The translations under genes were made by a program, and so were the position numbers. The notes beneath the pieces were generated by a model. That model was given only the letters and a program-made list of their open reading frames with translations, ran no database searches and was not told the DNA's origin. This document shows positions 12,915 to 25,249 of a DNA stretch of 64,000 nt, in pieces. The stretch is taken from assembly GCA_038087875.1 (NCBI GenBank), contig JAXLNO010000110.1:372001-436000 (forward strand), written 5' to 3'. The DNA comes from Malacoraja senta (lineage: Eukaryota). Positions within the stretch are counted from its first letter, which is position 1, and the number at the start of each line of letters is the position of its first letter.

Positions 12915-13114
12915 CAAAAGGCTGTAGTAACTCGGCGGGACAGGCAGCATCTCTGGAGAGAAGGAATGGGTGACGTTTCGAGTCGAGACCCTTTGGGGTC
13001 TATCTTCAGCTTAAACCAGCATCTGCAGTTCCTTTGTCCACAAGGAGTCTTCGTGTGAAGTGCTCTTCAGATAGCAAACACATTTTGATTCAAGTTTTGT
13101 ATTTTAATGCTGCT

Positions 13115-13124
13115 TTTATTTATT
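13115..13124 (-). terminator. Candidate polyadenylation signal(s) of the IQGAP3-like gene (overlapping AATAAA x2)
   Basis: tttatttatt on the plus strand, preceded on the minus strand by U-rich UTR-like sequence, ~3 kb downstream of the stop codon. Confidence 0.5.
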
Positions 13125-13544
13125 TTGAGGGGGTAATTAAAAAAAAAAGTACAAACACACAAAAAAGAGTATTCATGGCAAAAAGAGTAATTTCAGTGAA
13201 AAATAGCAAAGGCAGAATTATTCCATTTCCCCAGGGCTGAGGTATTTTGGCATCACAGGGCAAGAGTGAAGTTGTTGAAATTGGGCTCAACATTTTCAAA
13301 CGGCAAGCTTGCCTCTGTCCGTGAGAGTCACGGTGTGGATCTCTGCAGCAGAGGAGAGACCTGCACCCCATCCTGCTGTTGTCCGCTGCCAGCTGTGACG
13401 CACTGCCCCTCCTCGCTGTCCACCATTTACGTATCTGGCTTATGTCATAGTCTGCGCATTGAGACACATACTGTGGCTGCTTTAAATGCTCTGTAGCCCC
13501 CAGCGCTGGCTGCTGTACAAATGGATATAAACTGCACACACAAG

Positions 13545-13800
13545 AGTGCACACACACACACACACGAGTGCGCACACCCACACAAATACACGTGCGCGCG
13601 CGCACACACACACACACACGCCCACATACACACAAAGCGTACACATACACACACAAGGGTACACATACACGCATAAGCGCACACAACACGCGTACACATA
13701 TACACACAACACGCGTACACATACACACACAAGGGTAGACATACACACACATCACGCGTACACACATAAGCGCACACACATGACGCGTACACACACACAC
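13545..13800. repeat. Imperfect (CA)n microsatellite in the putative 3' UTR
   Basis: Read directly from the sequence. Confidence 0.95.
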
Positions 13801-14563
13801 AGAGTGAAATACAAGCTTCAGAAATAGATGCAGATAATGAAGAGTAATATGTACAAGCACTGACATTTACAACATGTAGTGATTCTAGCTGGGTGTATCT
13901 GGGTGTGAGTTCAGCCACACTCCATTGCTGTGTGTTTTTGTACTGTTATACTGGAGAACATGGTTTCCCTCAGGCCTGTGTAAGGGTCTAAACAGCATCA
14001 CCCCTGGTCACAAAGACCCTTTCCTGATCCCTTCCTAATGATCCAAAGCCTCCTTACCTCGGGCTTGTTCCCTCCTGAGCTGCTACCTCACGCTGGGGGT
14101 AAGATGGTCCTTTGAGCTCCTCTGGCCAGCGCCCATGTCCACACCAGCTCAGGGTTGGTGGTTGTCTCACGATCGGATCAAATCCGGCCACGGCAAGGCT
14201 CGGTGGGTGGCAGAGAGAGGAGGGCACAGGTAGCCCAGCTCCTTCCTACACAGACAGAGCCTTTCTCATCATTCACCGAGAGCCTTTAAACTCATTCACG
14301 GTGTTTTGATCAAACCAGACTCTAGCTGGGAGCTCAAGAGGGGACAGGCTGGACACTGCTGCTCAGAGCAGCTCCTTCAAAACGTAAAACTTCATCATTA
14401 AAATCTCGGCACTCTGATTAAAAAAAGCATGGCACCACGAATTGAAGGCAGTTGATTTAAGTTGTCAGCAGTGAATTAGATCGGTTCCCTTTTTTATCTG
14501 TTGATCATTTCATAGAAATTGGAGGGGAATTTTTCTTGTGATAAATGATGGAATAGACACAAA

Positions 14564-14880
14564 GTGCTGGAGTAACTCAGCGGGTCAGGCAGCATCTGTG
14601 GAGAACGTGGATAGGTGACGTTTCACAGAGTGCTGGGGTAACTCAGCGGGTCAGGCAGCATCTGTGGAGCAAAGGAAATGGGCAACCGTTCGGGCCGAAA
14701 CCCTGAAGGAAATAGGCAACGTTTCACAGAGTGACGTTTCACAGAGTAACGCTGGAGTAACTCAGCGGGTCAGGCAGCATATGTGGAGAACGTGGATAGG
14801 TGACGTTTCACAGAGTAACGCTGGAGTAACTCAGTGGGTCAGGCAGCATCTGTGGAGAACGTGGATAGGTGACATTTCGG
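14564..14880. repeat. Second array of the ~66-bp Penelope-derived minisatellite
   Basis: Same unit as 2226-2403, with starts at 14564 and 14630 and further irregular copies. Confidence 0.85.
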
Positions 14881-16064
14881 GTTAGGACCCTTCTCCAGTG
14901 ATGCTACCTCGCCCGCTGAATTACTCCAGCGCTTTGTGCCTATCTTTGGCATCTACAGTTCCTTGTTACATGATATATGGTGGCAGTCTGGGAGGGGGGG
15001 GGGGGGAGGGAGATAGTCAGCGATGGAAAGCCTGGTTTAGTGTCACAGGCTGAACACGTTGACATGTGGGTGGGTCGGGCTACATGCCGTGCCCACTACA
15101 GGGGGGGGCAAAACTCTAGTTGGCTGTTACTCCGAGCTGAGACCAGCTACCAGAGTGATCCTAGGGTACAGGTGGAGGATCGACAGCAAGCCAGGGGCAA
15201 GTGGGGAGCGTTCATGAGGCAGAATGTCGGCTGGGTTGGCGGGGGGGGGGGAAGGAGAGATTGGGGTGAAGAGGGGGGGGGAGGGGTGGAGTTAAGGGAG
15301 GAGTGGAGGGAGGGAGATGAGAGGGGGATGAATAGAGGGGGTGAAGGGAGGGGGTAGAGTGAGGGGGAGGGGAGGGATGAGGGAGCGAGAATAGGGAGGG
15401 TGAGAGAGAAGAGGGAAAGGGAGAAAGGAGGGAGGGTGGAGGGGAGAGGGAAGGAGGGGAGAGGAGAGGAGCGGGGGGGAGGAGAGCTGATTGATCGATC
15501 CTGATGGAAACAGGAACCAAGACCATAGAAACCAACAAAATGGCCCCTGCCCTGTCACTACCCAGGGGAGATGTGTAGGAAGGAAGTGCAGACACAAAAT
15601 ACACTCCTTCTCTCCAGACGCTGCCTGACCAGCTGAGTTACTCCAGCATTTTGTGTCTAACTTCGGTATGAACCTGGGGGAGCTTGGAAGAGATTGTTGA
15701 GGCCAGAGATGGGGGAGGGGGGGGGGGGGGTGGACCTGTCACCATGAAGACCACAGGTGACATTCGGCCCATCGAGAAGGAGAAACATTCTCACTCTCTG
15801 CTTGAAGGTGGATTCTGAGACTCAAGGTCCAGCTTTGGTAAAGCTTGATTGCGTGAAATTTGAAGGACATGATTCTGGATTCCTTACTCCTGGCTAAAGT
15901 AGATCAGAAGCGATAATATATTAAATATATGTGGGCAAGGGCAGACTTGTGCAGCCGTGGGCTAATCTACCATGCTAGGATCCTAGTGCAAGTCGTGTCT
16001 GCTCAGCAGAAGCACGTGGCTGGTTACATGTTGGCCGGCAGACGCGGTGGACGAGGCGGGGTCC

Positions 16065-16178
16065 TCATTTCTTGAAGAACTTCTTGTTGAGCAGGAAGAT
16101 CAGAAGGTTGACGTTGACCTTGGCCTTGTCGAACATCTTCATCACGGCCACTCCCTCGTACTGAAGCTGGAGGAGGTC
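16065..16178 (-). CDS. IQGAP3: IQGAP3-like terminal coding exon: DLLQLQYEGVAVMKMFDKAKVNVNLLIFLLNKKFFKK*
   Basis: Conserved IQGAP C-terminus. Acceptor ctccccag, phase 0, with TGA at 16067-16065. Confidence 0.95.
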   Translation of the reverse strand, partial: DLLQLQYEGVAVMKMFDKAKVNVNLLIFLLNKKFFKK

Positions 16179-16923
16179 CTGGGGAGAGAGCGGCAGAGAA
16201 TCTGAGCCCGGGCCCCACCCAACTACTCATTCAGGGCCCACACATTCCGCCTTCCGCAGAGACCGTTCCCTCCGCAACTGAAACTCCGCATTGGAGGCAC
16301 TGTGGCGCAGCGGTAGAGCTGCTGCCTCACAGCGCCAGAGACCCAGGTTCCATCCTAACTATGGGTGCTGTCTGCACGGAGTTTGTACGTTCGCCCATAT
16401 CAAGGGATATGGGGAGAAGGCAGGCAGGAACGGGGTACTGATTGTGGATGATCACCCATCACAGTGAATGGCGGTGCTGGCTCGAAGGGCTGAATGGTCT
16501 ACTCCTGCACCTATTGCCTATTGTGACCGCGTGGGTTTTCTCCGGGTGCTCCAGTTTCTTCCCAAACTCCAAAGACGTACGGGTTTTAGGTTAATTGGCT
16601 TGGTTTAAATGTAAATTGTCCCCAGTGTGTGTCGGATAGTGTTAATGTGCGGGGATCGCTGGTCGGCACGGACTCGGTGGGCTGAAGGGTCAGTTTCTGC
16701 GCTGCATCTCGAAACTAACTAACCTCCCTGGTTAGCTCATCCCTCCTCACCCAAACCAGCCACTCCACAGGTACCTTCCCCTGCGTTCTCCTTGTGACCT
16801 GCGTGGGTTTCCTCTGGGTGCTCCGGTTTCCACCCACTTTCCAAAGACGTGCAGGTTTGTAGGTTAATTGCCATTTGTAAATTGTCCCTAGTGTGTAGGA
16901 TGAAACCTTGACAGTTCTTTCAG

Positions 16924-17480
16924 GTGAGGCAGAGGTTCACTTGCACCTCCTCCAACCTCATCTACTGTATCCGCTGTTCCAGGTGTGGACTCCTGTATAT
17001 GCGTGAGACCAAGCGCAGGCTCGGCGATCGTTGCGCTGAACACCTCCGCTCAGTTCGCCTAAACCTACCCGATCTCCCAGTAGCTCAACACTTCAACTCC
17101 CCCTCCCATTCCCACACTGACCTTTCTTTCCTGGGTCTCCTCCATTGTCAGAGTGAGGCCCAGCGCAAATTGGAGGAACAACATCTCATATTTCTCTTGG
17201 CAGCATACACCCTAGCGGTATGAACATTGACTTCTCCAACTTCAAGTAGCCCTTGCTTTCCCTCTCTCTCCATCCCCTCCCCCTTCCCAGTTCTCCGACC
17301 AGTCTTACTGTCTCAGACTACATTTTATCTCTGTACCACCCACTCCCCTGACATCAGTCAGAAGGGTCTCAACCAGAAACATCACCCATTCCTTCTCTCC
17401 GGAGATGCTGGCCGTCCCGCTGAGTTCCTCCAGCATTTTGTGTCTATCTTCGATTTTAACCAGCATCTGCAGATCTTTCC
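16924..17480 (+). mobile_element. Penelope-like element 3' fragment (GIY-YIG endonuclease) with its 3' repeat module
   Basis: Translates to FTCTSSNLIYCIRCSRCGLLY.RETKRRLGDR.AEH...VAQHFN...RKLEEQHLIF, the PLE-type GIY-YIG signature. Confidence 0.85.
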
Positions 17481-18359
17481 CACACATACTAATCAAGAAC
17501 CTATCGATCTCCAGTTTAAAAATATCCATTGACTTGGGCGCCACCACCGCCTGTGGCAGTAAATTCTACAGATTCACCTCCCTTATGAGAACGATAGGCA
17601 CAAAATGGTGGAGTAACTCAACGGGTCAGGCAGCATATCTGGAGAAAATGGACAGGTGATTTTTCGGGTGGGGACCCTTCTTCAGACTGATTGTTGAGGG
17701 GAGGTACTGGAAACAGGAAAAAGCCCAGACTAATCAGGGCCGGCAAGAGATGATCTAGTGCGGGGAGATTCCCCGATAGGCTGATTGTTGTCTGGGGATG
17801 GGGTGATGTCAAGAGCGATACATCATTGCGAACTGTGGGACTGGTGCTAGACACAAGATGCTGCAGTAACTTGGCGGGTGAGGGAGAGGTGGACGGGCCA
17901 GGAGATGGACATTGCGTCCAATGAAGACCATGGGTGTAGGCTCGCAATAGCCTTGCCCGGATCTGGCAGCACTCACAAGAACTGGAGCGCTGACCGGACT
18001 TTGAAAAACATGGCGTCTCCTGCATGTGGGATCAGATTTCTGTAAACGTTACTAATCGGGGATGTGCTTCGGTCTGGTAATACTGTACTGGACTGTTTGT
18101 AACAACATCATTTCACTCTGTGTTAGCACTTTTTTTATTGGGGTGCGACAGGAAAAAAAAGAGCGTCACGGTGGCGCAGCGGTAGAATTGCCGCCTCACA
18201 GCACTAGTTACCCGGGTTCATTCCTGACGACGGGTACGGAGTTTGTCCGTTCTCCCCGTGACCGCGTGGGTTTTCACCAGGTTCCCCGGTTTCCTCCCAC
18301 AATCCAAAGACGTACAGGTTTGTAGATTAGTTGGCTTCGGTAAAATGTTTTAATTGTCA

Positions 18360-18805
18360 CACGCTGAGAGAATGGAGCGGCTGGGCTTGTACACTCTGGA
18401 GTTTAGAAGGATGAGAGGGGATCTTATTGAAACATATAAGATTGTTAAGGGGTTAGACCCGCTAGAGGCGGGAAACATGTTCCCGATGTTGGGGGAGTCC
18501 AGAACCAGGGGCCACACAGTTTAAGAATAAGGGGTCGGCCATTTAGAACGGAGACGAGGAAACACTTTTTCACACTGATAGTTGTGAGTCTGTGGAATTC
18601 TCTGCCTCAGAGGGCGGTGGAGGCCAGTTCTCTGGATACTTTCAAGAGAGAGCTAGATAGGGCTCTTGAAGATAGCAGAATCAGGGGATATGGGGAGAAG
18701 GCAGGAACGGGGTACTGATTGGGGATGATCAACCATGATCACATTAATGGCGGTGCTGGCTCGAAGGGCCGAATGGCCTACTCCTGCACCTATTGTCTAT
18801 TGTCA
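18360..18805 (+). mobile_element. CR1 LINE 3' end
   Basis: Matches the 3' coding end, UTR and (ctattgt) tail of the other CR1 copies. Confidence 0.85.
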
Positions 18806-19400
18806 TAGAGTATGGAAACAGGTCCTTCAGCAGAACCCGCTCACACCAACCAATATGTCCCATCTACACTAGTCCCACCTGCCTGTGTTTGGTCCATATC
18901 CCTCTAAACCCATCCTATCCATGTACCTGTCTGAATATTTCTTAAATGTTGTGAAAGAACCTGCCTCAACTACCTCCTCTGGCAGCTCGTTCCATACACC
19001 CACCACCCTTTGTGTGAACAAGCTACCCCTCAGATTCCTATTAAACCTTCCCCCTTCACCTTAAACCTATGTCCTCTGGTCCTCGATTCCCCTACTTTGG
19101 GCAAAAGACTCTGTGCGTCTACCCGATCTATTCCTCTCATGATTTTATACACCTCTATAAGATCACCCCTCATCCTCCTGCGCTCCAAGGAATAGAGTCC
19201 CAGCCTGCTCAACCTCTCCCTGTAGCTCACACCCTCGAGTCCTGGCAACATCCCTGTATTGTGCAGGACAGTGCTAGTGAATGGGGATCACGGGGACTCC
19301 CGTCCAGTCTCTGTTGCAGTTTATTGCCACGTGTACCGAGGTACAGTGAAAAGCTTTTGTTGCGTGCTAACCAGCCAGGGGAAAGTCAATACATGATTTT

Positions 19401-19715
19401 GGCATGGTGGCGCAGCGGTAGAGTTGCTGCCTTACAGCGAATGCAGCGCCGGAGACCCGGGTTCAATCCAGACTGCGGGTGCTGTCTGTACGGAGTTTGC
19501 ACGTTCTCCCCGTGACCTGCGTGGGTTTTCTCCGAGATCTTCGGTTTCCTCCCACACTCCAAAGACGTGCAGGTCTGAAGGTAAATTGGCTTGGTAAATG
19601 TAAAAATTGTCTCTCGTGGGTGCAGGATAGTGTTAATGTGCGGAGGTCACTGGTCGGCGCAGACCTAGTGGGCCGAAGGGCCTGGTTTCGCGCTGTATCT
19701 CTAAACTAAACCAAA
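19401..19715 (+). mobile_element. V-SINE (HE1-like), subfamily with a gaatgcagc insert in the tRNA head
   Basis: A and B boxes, V-domain and (ctaaa)n tail. The same insert is present in the copy at 44926. Confidence 0.85.
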
Positions 19716-20302
19716 CTACAACCAAGCCATTCAAATGTATAGATACACGATAAAGGAATAACGTTTAGTGCAAGGTAAAGTCAGTAAAGTCGGATCAAAG
19801 ATAGCCGATAGTAGTTCAGAACCGGTCTCTGGTTGCGTTGGGACGGTTCAGTTACTTGATAACAGCGGGGAAGAAACTGTCCCTGAATCTGGAGGTGTGC
19901 ATTTTCACACTGAATGGGCCAAAGGGCCTGTTTCTGCACCGTATCTCTAAATTAAACTAAACATGTGGTAATCATTGAACCGTCGATTTGCCAACCCTCA
20001 CCCAAGGATGTGCTGGCTCTGGAGAGGGTACAGAGGAGGTTTACGAGAATGATCCCTGGGATGAGTGGGTTAGCATATGATGAGCATTTGTCGGCACTGG
20101 GCCTGTACTCGCTGGAGTTTAGAAGGTTGAGGGGGGGACCTCATTGAAACTTACAGAATAGTGAAAGGCCTGGATAGAGTGGATGTGGAGACGATGTTTC
20201 CACCGGTGAGAGAGTCTAGGACCAGAGGGCACAGCCTCAGAATTAAAGGACACTCTTTTAGAAAGGAGGTGAGGAGGAACTTCTTTAATCAGAGGGTAGT
20301 TA

Positions 20303-20689
20303 AGGACCTGTCCCACGAGCATGCGATTGCATGCGGCAAGCGCGACCAAACCGGAAGCGGGGGCCGCGCGGAGGTTGAGTGAGTGACGTGAAGTTCGAGC
20401 GAAGTCCGCGGGAAGTTCGCGCGTGACGTACAGCGTCGAGACGCTGCGCACGCCCGTCGAGGTGGTGCGTACGGCGTCGAGGCGGCTGCGGGCCGGCAGG
20501 CCGTTGCTGCGCGGAATTTTTGAACAGTGTCAGTTTTTCGGAGCCCCTCGCGATGTCGGGACCAGCTCCGCACAACTCCATCCGGCTCCGGCGATCGAAG
20601 TGGGACCGGCCCCTCAAGCCCGTACGGCTCAAGCGACCACGTTAGGTCACGCTAGCCGCATGGAGTCGCATGCTCGTATGACAGGCCCT
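20303..20689. mobile_element. PIF/Harbinger-type MITE nested in a CR1
   Basis: TIRs aggacctgtcccacgagcatgcga / tcgcatgctcgtatgacaggccct, with a TTA target-site duplication. Confidence 0.85.
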
Positions 20690-21237
20690 TTAATCTGTGG
20701 AACTCATTGCCACAGAGGCCTGGGAGGCCAAGTCAGTGGATATTTTTATGGCAGAGACACAAATTCTTGATTAGAACGGGTGTCAAGGGTTATGGGGAGA
20801 AGGCAGGAAAATGGGATTAGGAGGCAGAGATCAGCCATGATTGAATGGCGGCGTAGACTCGATGGGCCGAATGGTCTAATACTACTCCTATAACTTGTCA
20901 ACTTGTGAAATGAACTATCCTATCACCAACTAGAGAGTGGTCCTGAACTACTATCTCCCTAAAGTAATTGGAGATCTGTGAACTATTTTTAAATGGAACT
21001 TTATCAGACTTCATCTTGCAGTAAATGCTGTTCCCTTTACCCTTTATCTGTGAAATATGGACGGCTTGACTGTAATCATGTGTGGTCATAGACGCACACA
21101 GCATGAAAACAGGCCCTTCGGCCCAACTTGCCCAAGCGCACTAGTTGTAAGTTATCGTAGACACGATGGGCCGAAGGGCCTGATTCTACTGGTACAACTT
21201 GTGAACAGCCTCGCGGGGACCCGTGCGTGGATCTTAC

Positions 21238-21346
21238 CTGATACTTCAGCTGAAACTTCTCCATGTCCACACCCATGAAGCGAGCCCGCACCTCAAACGT
21301 CCCCACCTGCTCGCTCTGCACAATGTCGAAGATCACGTTCCTGAAC
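21238..21346 (-). CDS. IQGAP3: IQGAP3-like exon: FRNVIFDIVQSEQVGTFEVRARFMGVDMEKFQLKYQ
   Basis: AG acceptor and GTAAGA donor, 109 nt, phase 2 to 0; recognisable IQGAP RasGAP C-terminal sequence. Confidence 0.95.
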
Positions 21347-21589
21347 CTGGAGAGAGAGAGAGAGACAGCGGATAATGGTCGTGTCGGCGGGGGGACTGGC
21401 GGCTCCCCGCAACGGTCGGTAGCGGCGATGGAGAGAAGAGAAACCGCCCGAAACAAAAATAATTCACAGAGTCGTAGAGTGACACAGCACGGGTACAGGC
21501 CCTTCGGCCCAACTCGCCCGCACGGGCAAACATGTCCCAGCTACACTGGTCCCACCTGCCCGACAGGTCAAAGGGGACATTGATCAAGG

Positions 21590-22290
21590 AAATGTAGAAT
21601 TGTAGAATGATTCACTGTTGGCTGAGGCATATCATCAGTAATATTTAATCAGCAGGACAGTAGAACTAGTCGGAGAACTAGGATGGGGGAGGGATGGAGA
21701 GAGAGGGAAAGCAAGGGTTACTTGAAGTTAGAGAAGTCAATGTTCATACCACTGGGGTGTAAGCTGCCCAAGCAAAATATGAGGTGCTGTTCCTCCAATT
21801 TGTGCTGGGCCTCACTCTGACAATGGAGGAGGCCCAGGACAGAAAGGTCAGTGTGGGAATGGGAGGGGGAGTCGAAGTGTTTGGCAACCGGGAGACCAAG
21901 TAGGCCTAGGTGGACCGAGCGGAGGTGTTCAGCGAAACGATCACTTGGTCTCGCCGATATATAGGAGCCCTGGAACAGCAGATGAGGTTGGAGGACGTGG
22001 AAGCGAACCTCTGCCTCACCTGAAGGGACTGTCGGGGTCCTTGGACGTAGTCGAGAGGAGGGGGGGGAGGTATAGGGACAGGTGTTGCATCTCCTGCGGT
22101 TTGCAGGGGAAAGTACCTGGGGGGGGGGGGTTCTGTGGGGAGGGACGAGTTAACCAGGGGGTTGTGGAGGGAACCGTCTCTGTGGAAAGTGGAAAGGGGT
22201 GCAAAAAAAAGTAGTTGGATTATGTGTTGTATGTGAGGGCTGATGGGGTGGAAGGTGAGAACTAGGGGGACTCTGTCCCTTTTGTGACTA
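21590..22290 (-). mobile_element. Penelope-like element fragment
   Basis: Translates to RVPLVLTFHP, GTFPC and RQRF.STSSNLI; shares the 3' module of the other PLE copies. Confidence 0.75.
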
Positions 22291-22819
22291 GACAATAGGT
22301 GCAGAAATAGGCCATTCGGCCCTTCGAGCCAGCACCGCCATTCAATATGATCATGGCTGATCAGTACCCCGTTCCTGCCTTCTCCCAATATCCCCTGACT
22401 CCGCTATATTTAAGAGCTCTAACTCTCTCTTGAAAGCCTCCAGAGAATTGGCCTCCACTAACTTCTGAGGCAGAGAATTCCACAGATGCACAACTGTCTG
22501 GGCGAAAAAGTTTTTCTTCATCTCCGTTCGAAATGGCCGACCCCTTATTCTTGGTTCTGGACTCCCCCAACATCAGAAACATTTTTCCTGCCTCTTGCGT
22601 GTCCAAACCCTTAATAATCTTATATGTTACAATAAGATCCCCCTCATCCTTCTAAATTCCAGAGTGTACAAGCCCAGTCGCTCCATTCTATCAACATATG
22701 ACAGTCCCGATATACTGGGAATTAACCTGGTGAACCTACGCTGCACTCCCTCAATAGCAAGAATAGGGGGAGGGGGAGCAAGAGCGGAGCTGCGGGATAC
22801 CGAGGAGACCCCTGTGAGT

Positions 22820-23010
22820 CACAAGTCAAGTCAAGTCACTTTTATTTATATAGCACATTTAAAAAACAACTCTCGTTGGCCAAAGTGCTTTACATTTGTT
22901 ATAAGAATAGCACAAACAAAACAAACTACATACATATATACATGTAGCCCTCACTCAGAGGACGTCAGGAAAGGCTTGGGAGTATAGATAAGTTTTTAGT
23001 CTTGACTTAA
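22820..23010 (-). mobile_element. L2-clade LINE 3' end
   Basis: C-terminal FKSRLKTYLYSQAF, 3' tail tgtaaagcactttgg...gtgctatataaataaa and (acttg)n repeats. Confidence 0.75.
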
Positions 23011-23179
23011 AGGGAGGGGGCAGTTCTGATGGGAAAGGGGATGCTGTTCCTCTTGTGAGGGCCTCATATATGAAAGGAGAAGTGAATCCCTGTTCCCTAA
23101 AGAATGAGGACATCTCAGATGTCCTGGTTTGGAACACCATATCTTGGGCGCAGATGCAGCGTAGACAGAGAAATTTGGA

Positions 23180-24890
23180 GTTGGGGATCTGTCTTCACTA
23201 AGGAGGACACAAACAATCTTCCTGATGTACTAGTGGCCAGAGGATCTGGGGTGACAGGAGAACTGAAGGAAATCCACATTAGGCAGAAAATGGTGTTGGG
23301 TAGACTGATGGGACTGAAGGCTGATCAATCCACAGGGCCTGATGGTCTGCATCCCAAGGTACTTAAGGAAGTGGCTCTAGAAATCGTGGACGCATTGGTG
23401 ATAATTTTCCAATGTTCTATAGATTCAGGATCAGTTCCTGTGGATTGGAGGGTAGCTAATGTTATCCCACTTTTTAAGAAAGGCGGGAGAGAGAAAACAG
23501 GGAATTATCGACCAGTTAGCCTGACATCGGTGATGGGGAAGATGCCGGAGTCAATCATAAAAGATGAAATAGCCGCACATTTGGATAGCAGTAACAGGAT
23601 CGGTCCGAGTCAGCATGGATTTACGAAGGGGAAATCATGCTTGACTCTGGAATTCTTTGAGGATGTAACTAGGAAAATGGACAAGGGAGAGCCAGTGTAT
23701 GTAGTGTATCTGGACTTTCAGAAAGCATTTGATTAGGTCCCACATAGGAGTTTAGTGGGCAAAATTAGGGCACATGGTCTTGGGGGTAGAGTGCTGACAT
23801 GGATAGAGACGTGGTTGGCAGACAGGAAACAAAGAGTAGGGATTAACGGGTTCTTCAGAATGGCAGGCAGTGACTAGTGGGGTACCGCAAGGCTCGGTGC
23901 TGGGACCGCAGCTATTTACAATATACATCAATGATTTATATGAAGGGATTCAAAGTAACATTAGCAAATTTGCAAATGACACAAAGTTGGGTGGCAGTGT
24001 GAACTGTGAGGAGGATGCTATGAGGATGCAGGGCGACTTGGGGCAGGTTGAGTGAGTGGGCAGATGCATGGCAGATGCAGTTTAATGTGGATAAATGTGA
24101 AATAAAAATCTACTTTGGTAGCAAAAACAGGAAGGCAGATTATTATCTAAATGGTTGGGAAAAGGGGAAGTACAACGGGATTTGGGGGTCTTTGTTCATC
24201 AGTCAATGAAAGTAAGCATGCAGGTACAGCAGGCAATGAAGAAAGCGTGTCGGCCTTCATAACAAGCGGAATTGAGTATAGGAGCAAAGAGGTCCTTCTG
24301 CAGTTGTACAGGGCCCTAGTGAGACCATTGTGTGCAGTTTTGGTCCCCTAATTTGATGAAGGACATTCTTGCAATTGAGGGAGTGCAGCGTAGGTTTACA
24401 AGGTTAATTCCCGGGATGGTGGAACTGTCATATGCTGAGAGAATGGAGTGGCTGGGCTTGTATAATCTGGAGTTTAGAAGGATGAGAGGATATCTTATTG
24501 AAACATATAAGATTATAACGGGTTTGGACACGTTAGAGGCAGGAAACATGTTCCCGATGTTGGGGGAGTCCAGAACCAGGGGCCACAGTTTAAGAATAAG
24601 GGGTAAGCCATTTAGAACGGAGATGAGGAAACATTTTTTCACACAGAGTTGTGAGTCTGTGGAATTCTCTGCCTCAGAGGGCGGTGGAGGCCGGTTCTCT
24701 GGACACTTTCAAGAGAGAGCTAGATGGGGCTCTTAAAGATAGCGGAGTCAGGGGATATGGGGAGAAGGCAGGAACGGGGTACTGATTGTGGATGATCAGC
24801 CATGATCACAGTGAATGGCGGTGCTGGCTCGAAGGGCCAAATGGCCTACTCCTGCACCTATTGTCTATTGTCCTGCACCTATTGTCTATT
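23180..24890 (+). mobile_element. CR1 LINE ORF2 (RT) fragment with 3' tail
   Basis: Motifs GPDGLHP, NYRPVSLTS, YLDFQKAFD and [11 protein letters not shown]; disrupted by stops and frameshifts. Confidence 0.95.
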
Positions 24891-25123
24891 TGCAGGAGGC
24901 AGGGTGGGAAGAATTGTAGATAGCTGTGGGAGTCAGTAGGTTTATAATAGACGTCAGTCGATCGCCTGTCTCCTGCCATGGAGACGGTGAGATCAAGAAA
25001 TGGAAAGGAGATGTTGGAGATGGTCCAAGTGAATTTGAGTGCAGGATGGAAATTAGTGGTGAAGTCGATGAGTTGTGCATAGGTGCAGAAGGTAGCCCCG
25101 ATGCAATAAGGTCAGCAACTTAC

Positions 25124-25249
25124 TGGCTGGTGGGCAGATCCTCGATGGCCAGCAGCACCCCCTTCTCTTGCAGCCGGGCCGCTGTGTAGTTGAGACTCAG
25201 GGCTTTGCTCTTTCTCCCCTTGGCCTCAGCGGGCTTCTTCCCGGGGCCC
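25124..25249 (-). CDS. IQGAP3: IQGAP3-like exon: GPGKKPAEAKGRKSKALSLNYTAARLQEKGVLLAIEDLPTS
   Basis: tttacag acceptor and GTAAGT donor, 126 nt, phase 2 to 2; contains the conserved YTAARL.EKGVL..IEDL motif. Confidence 0.93.
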
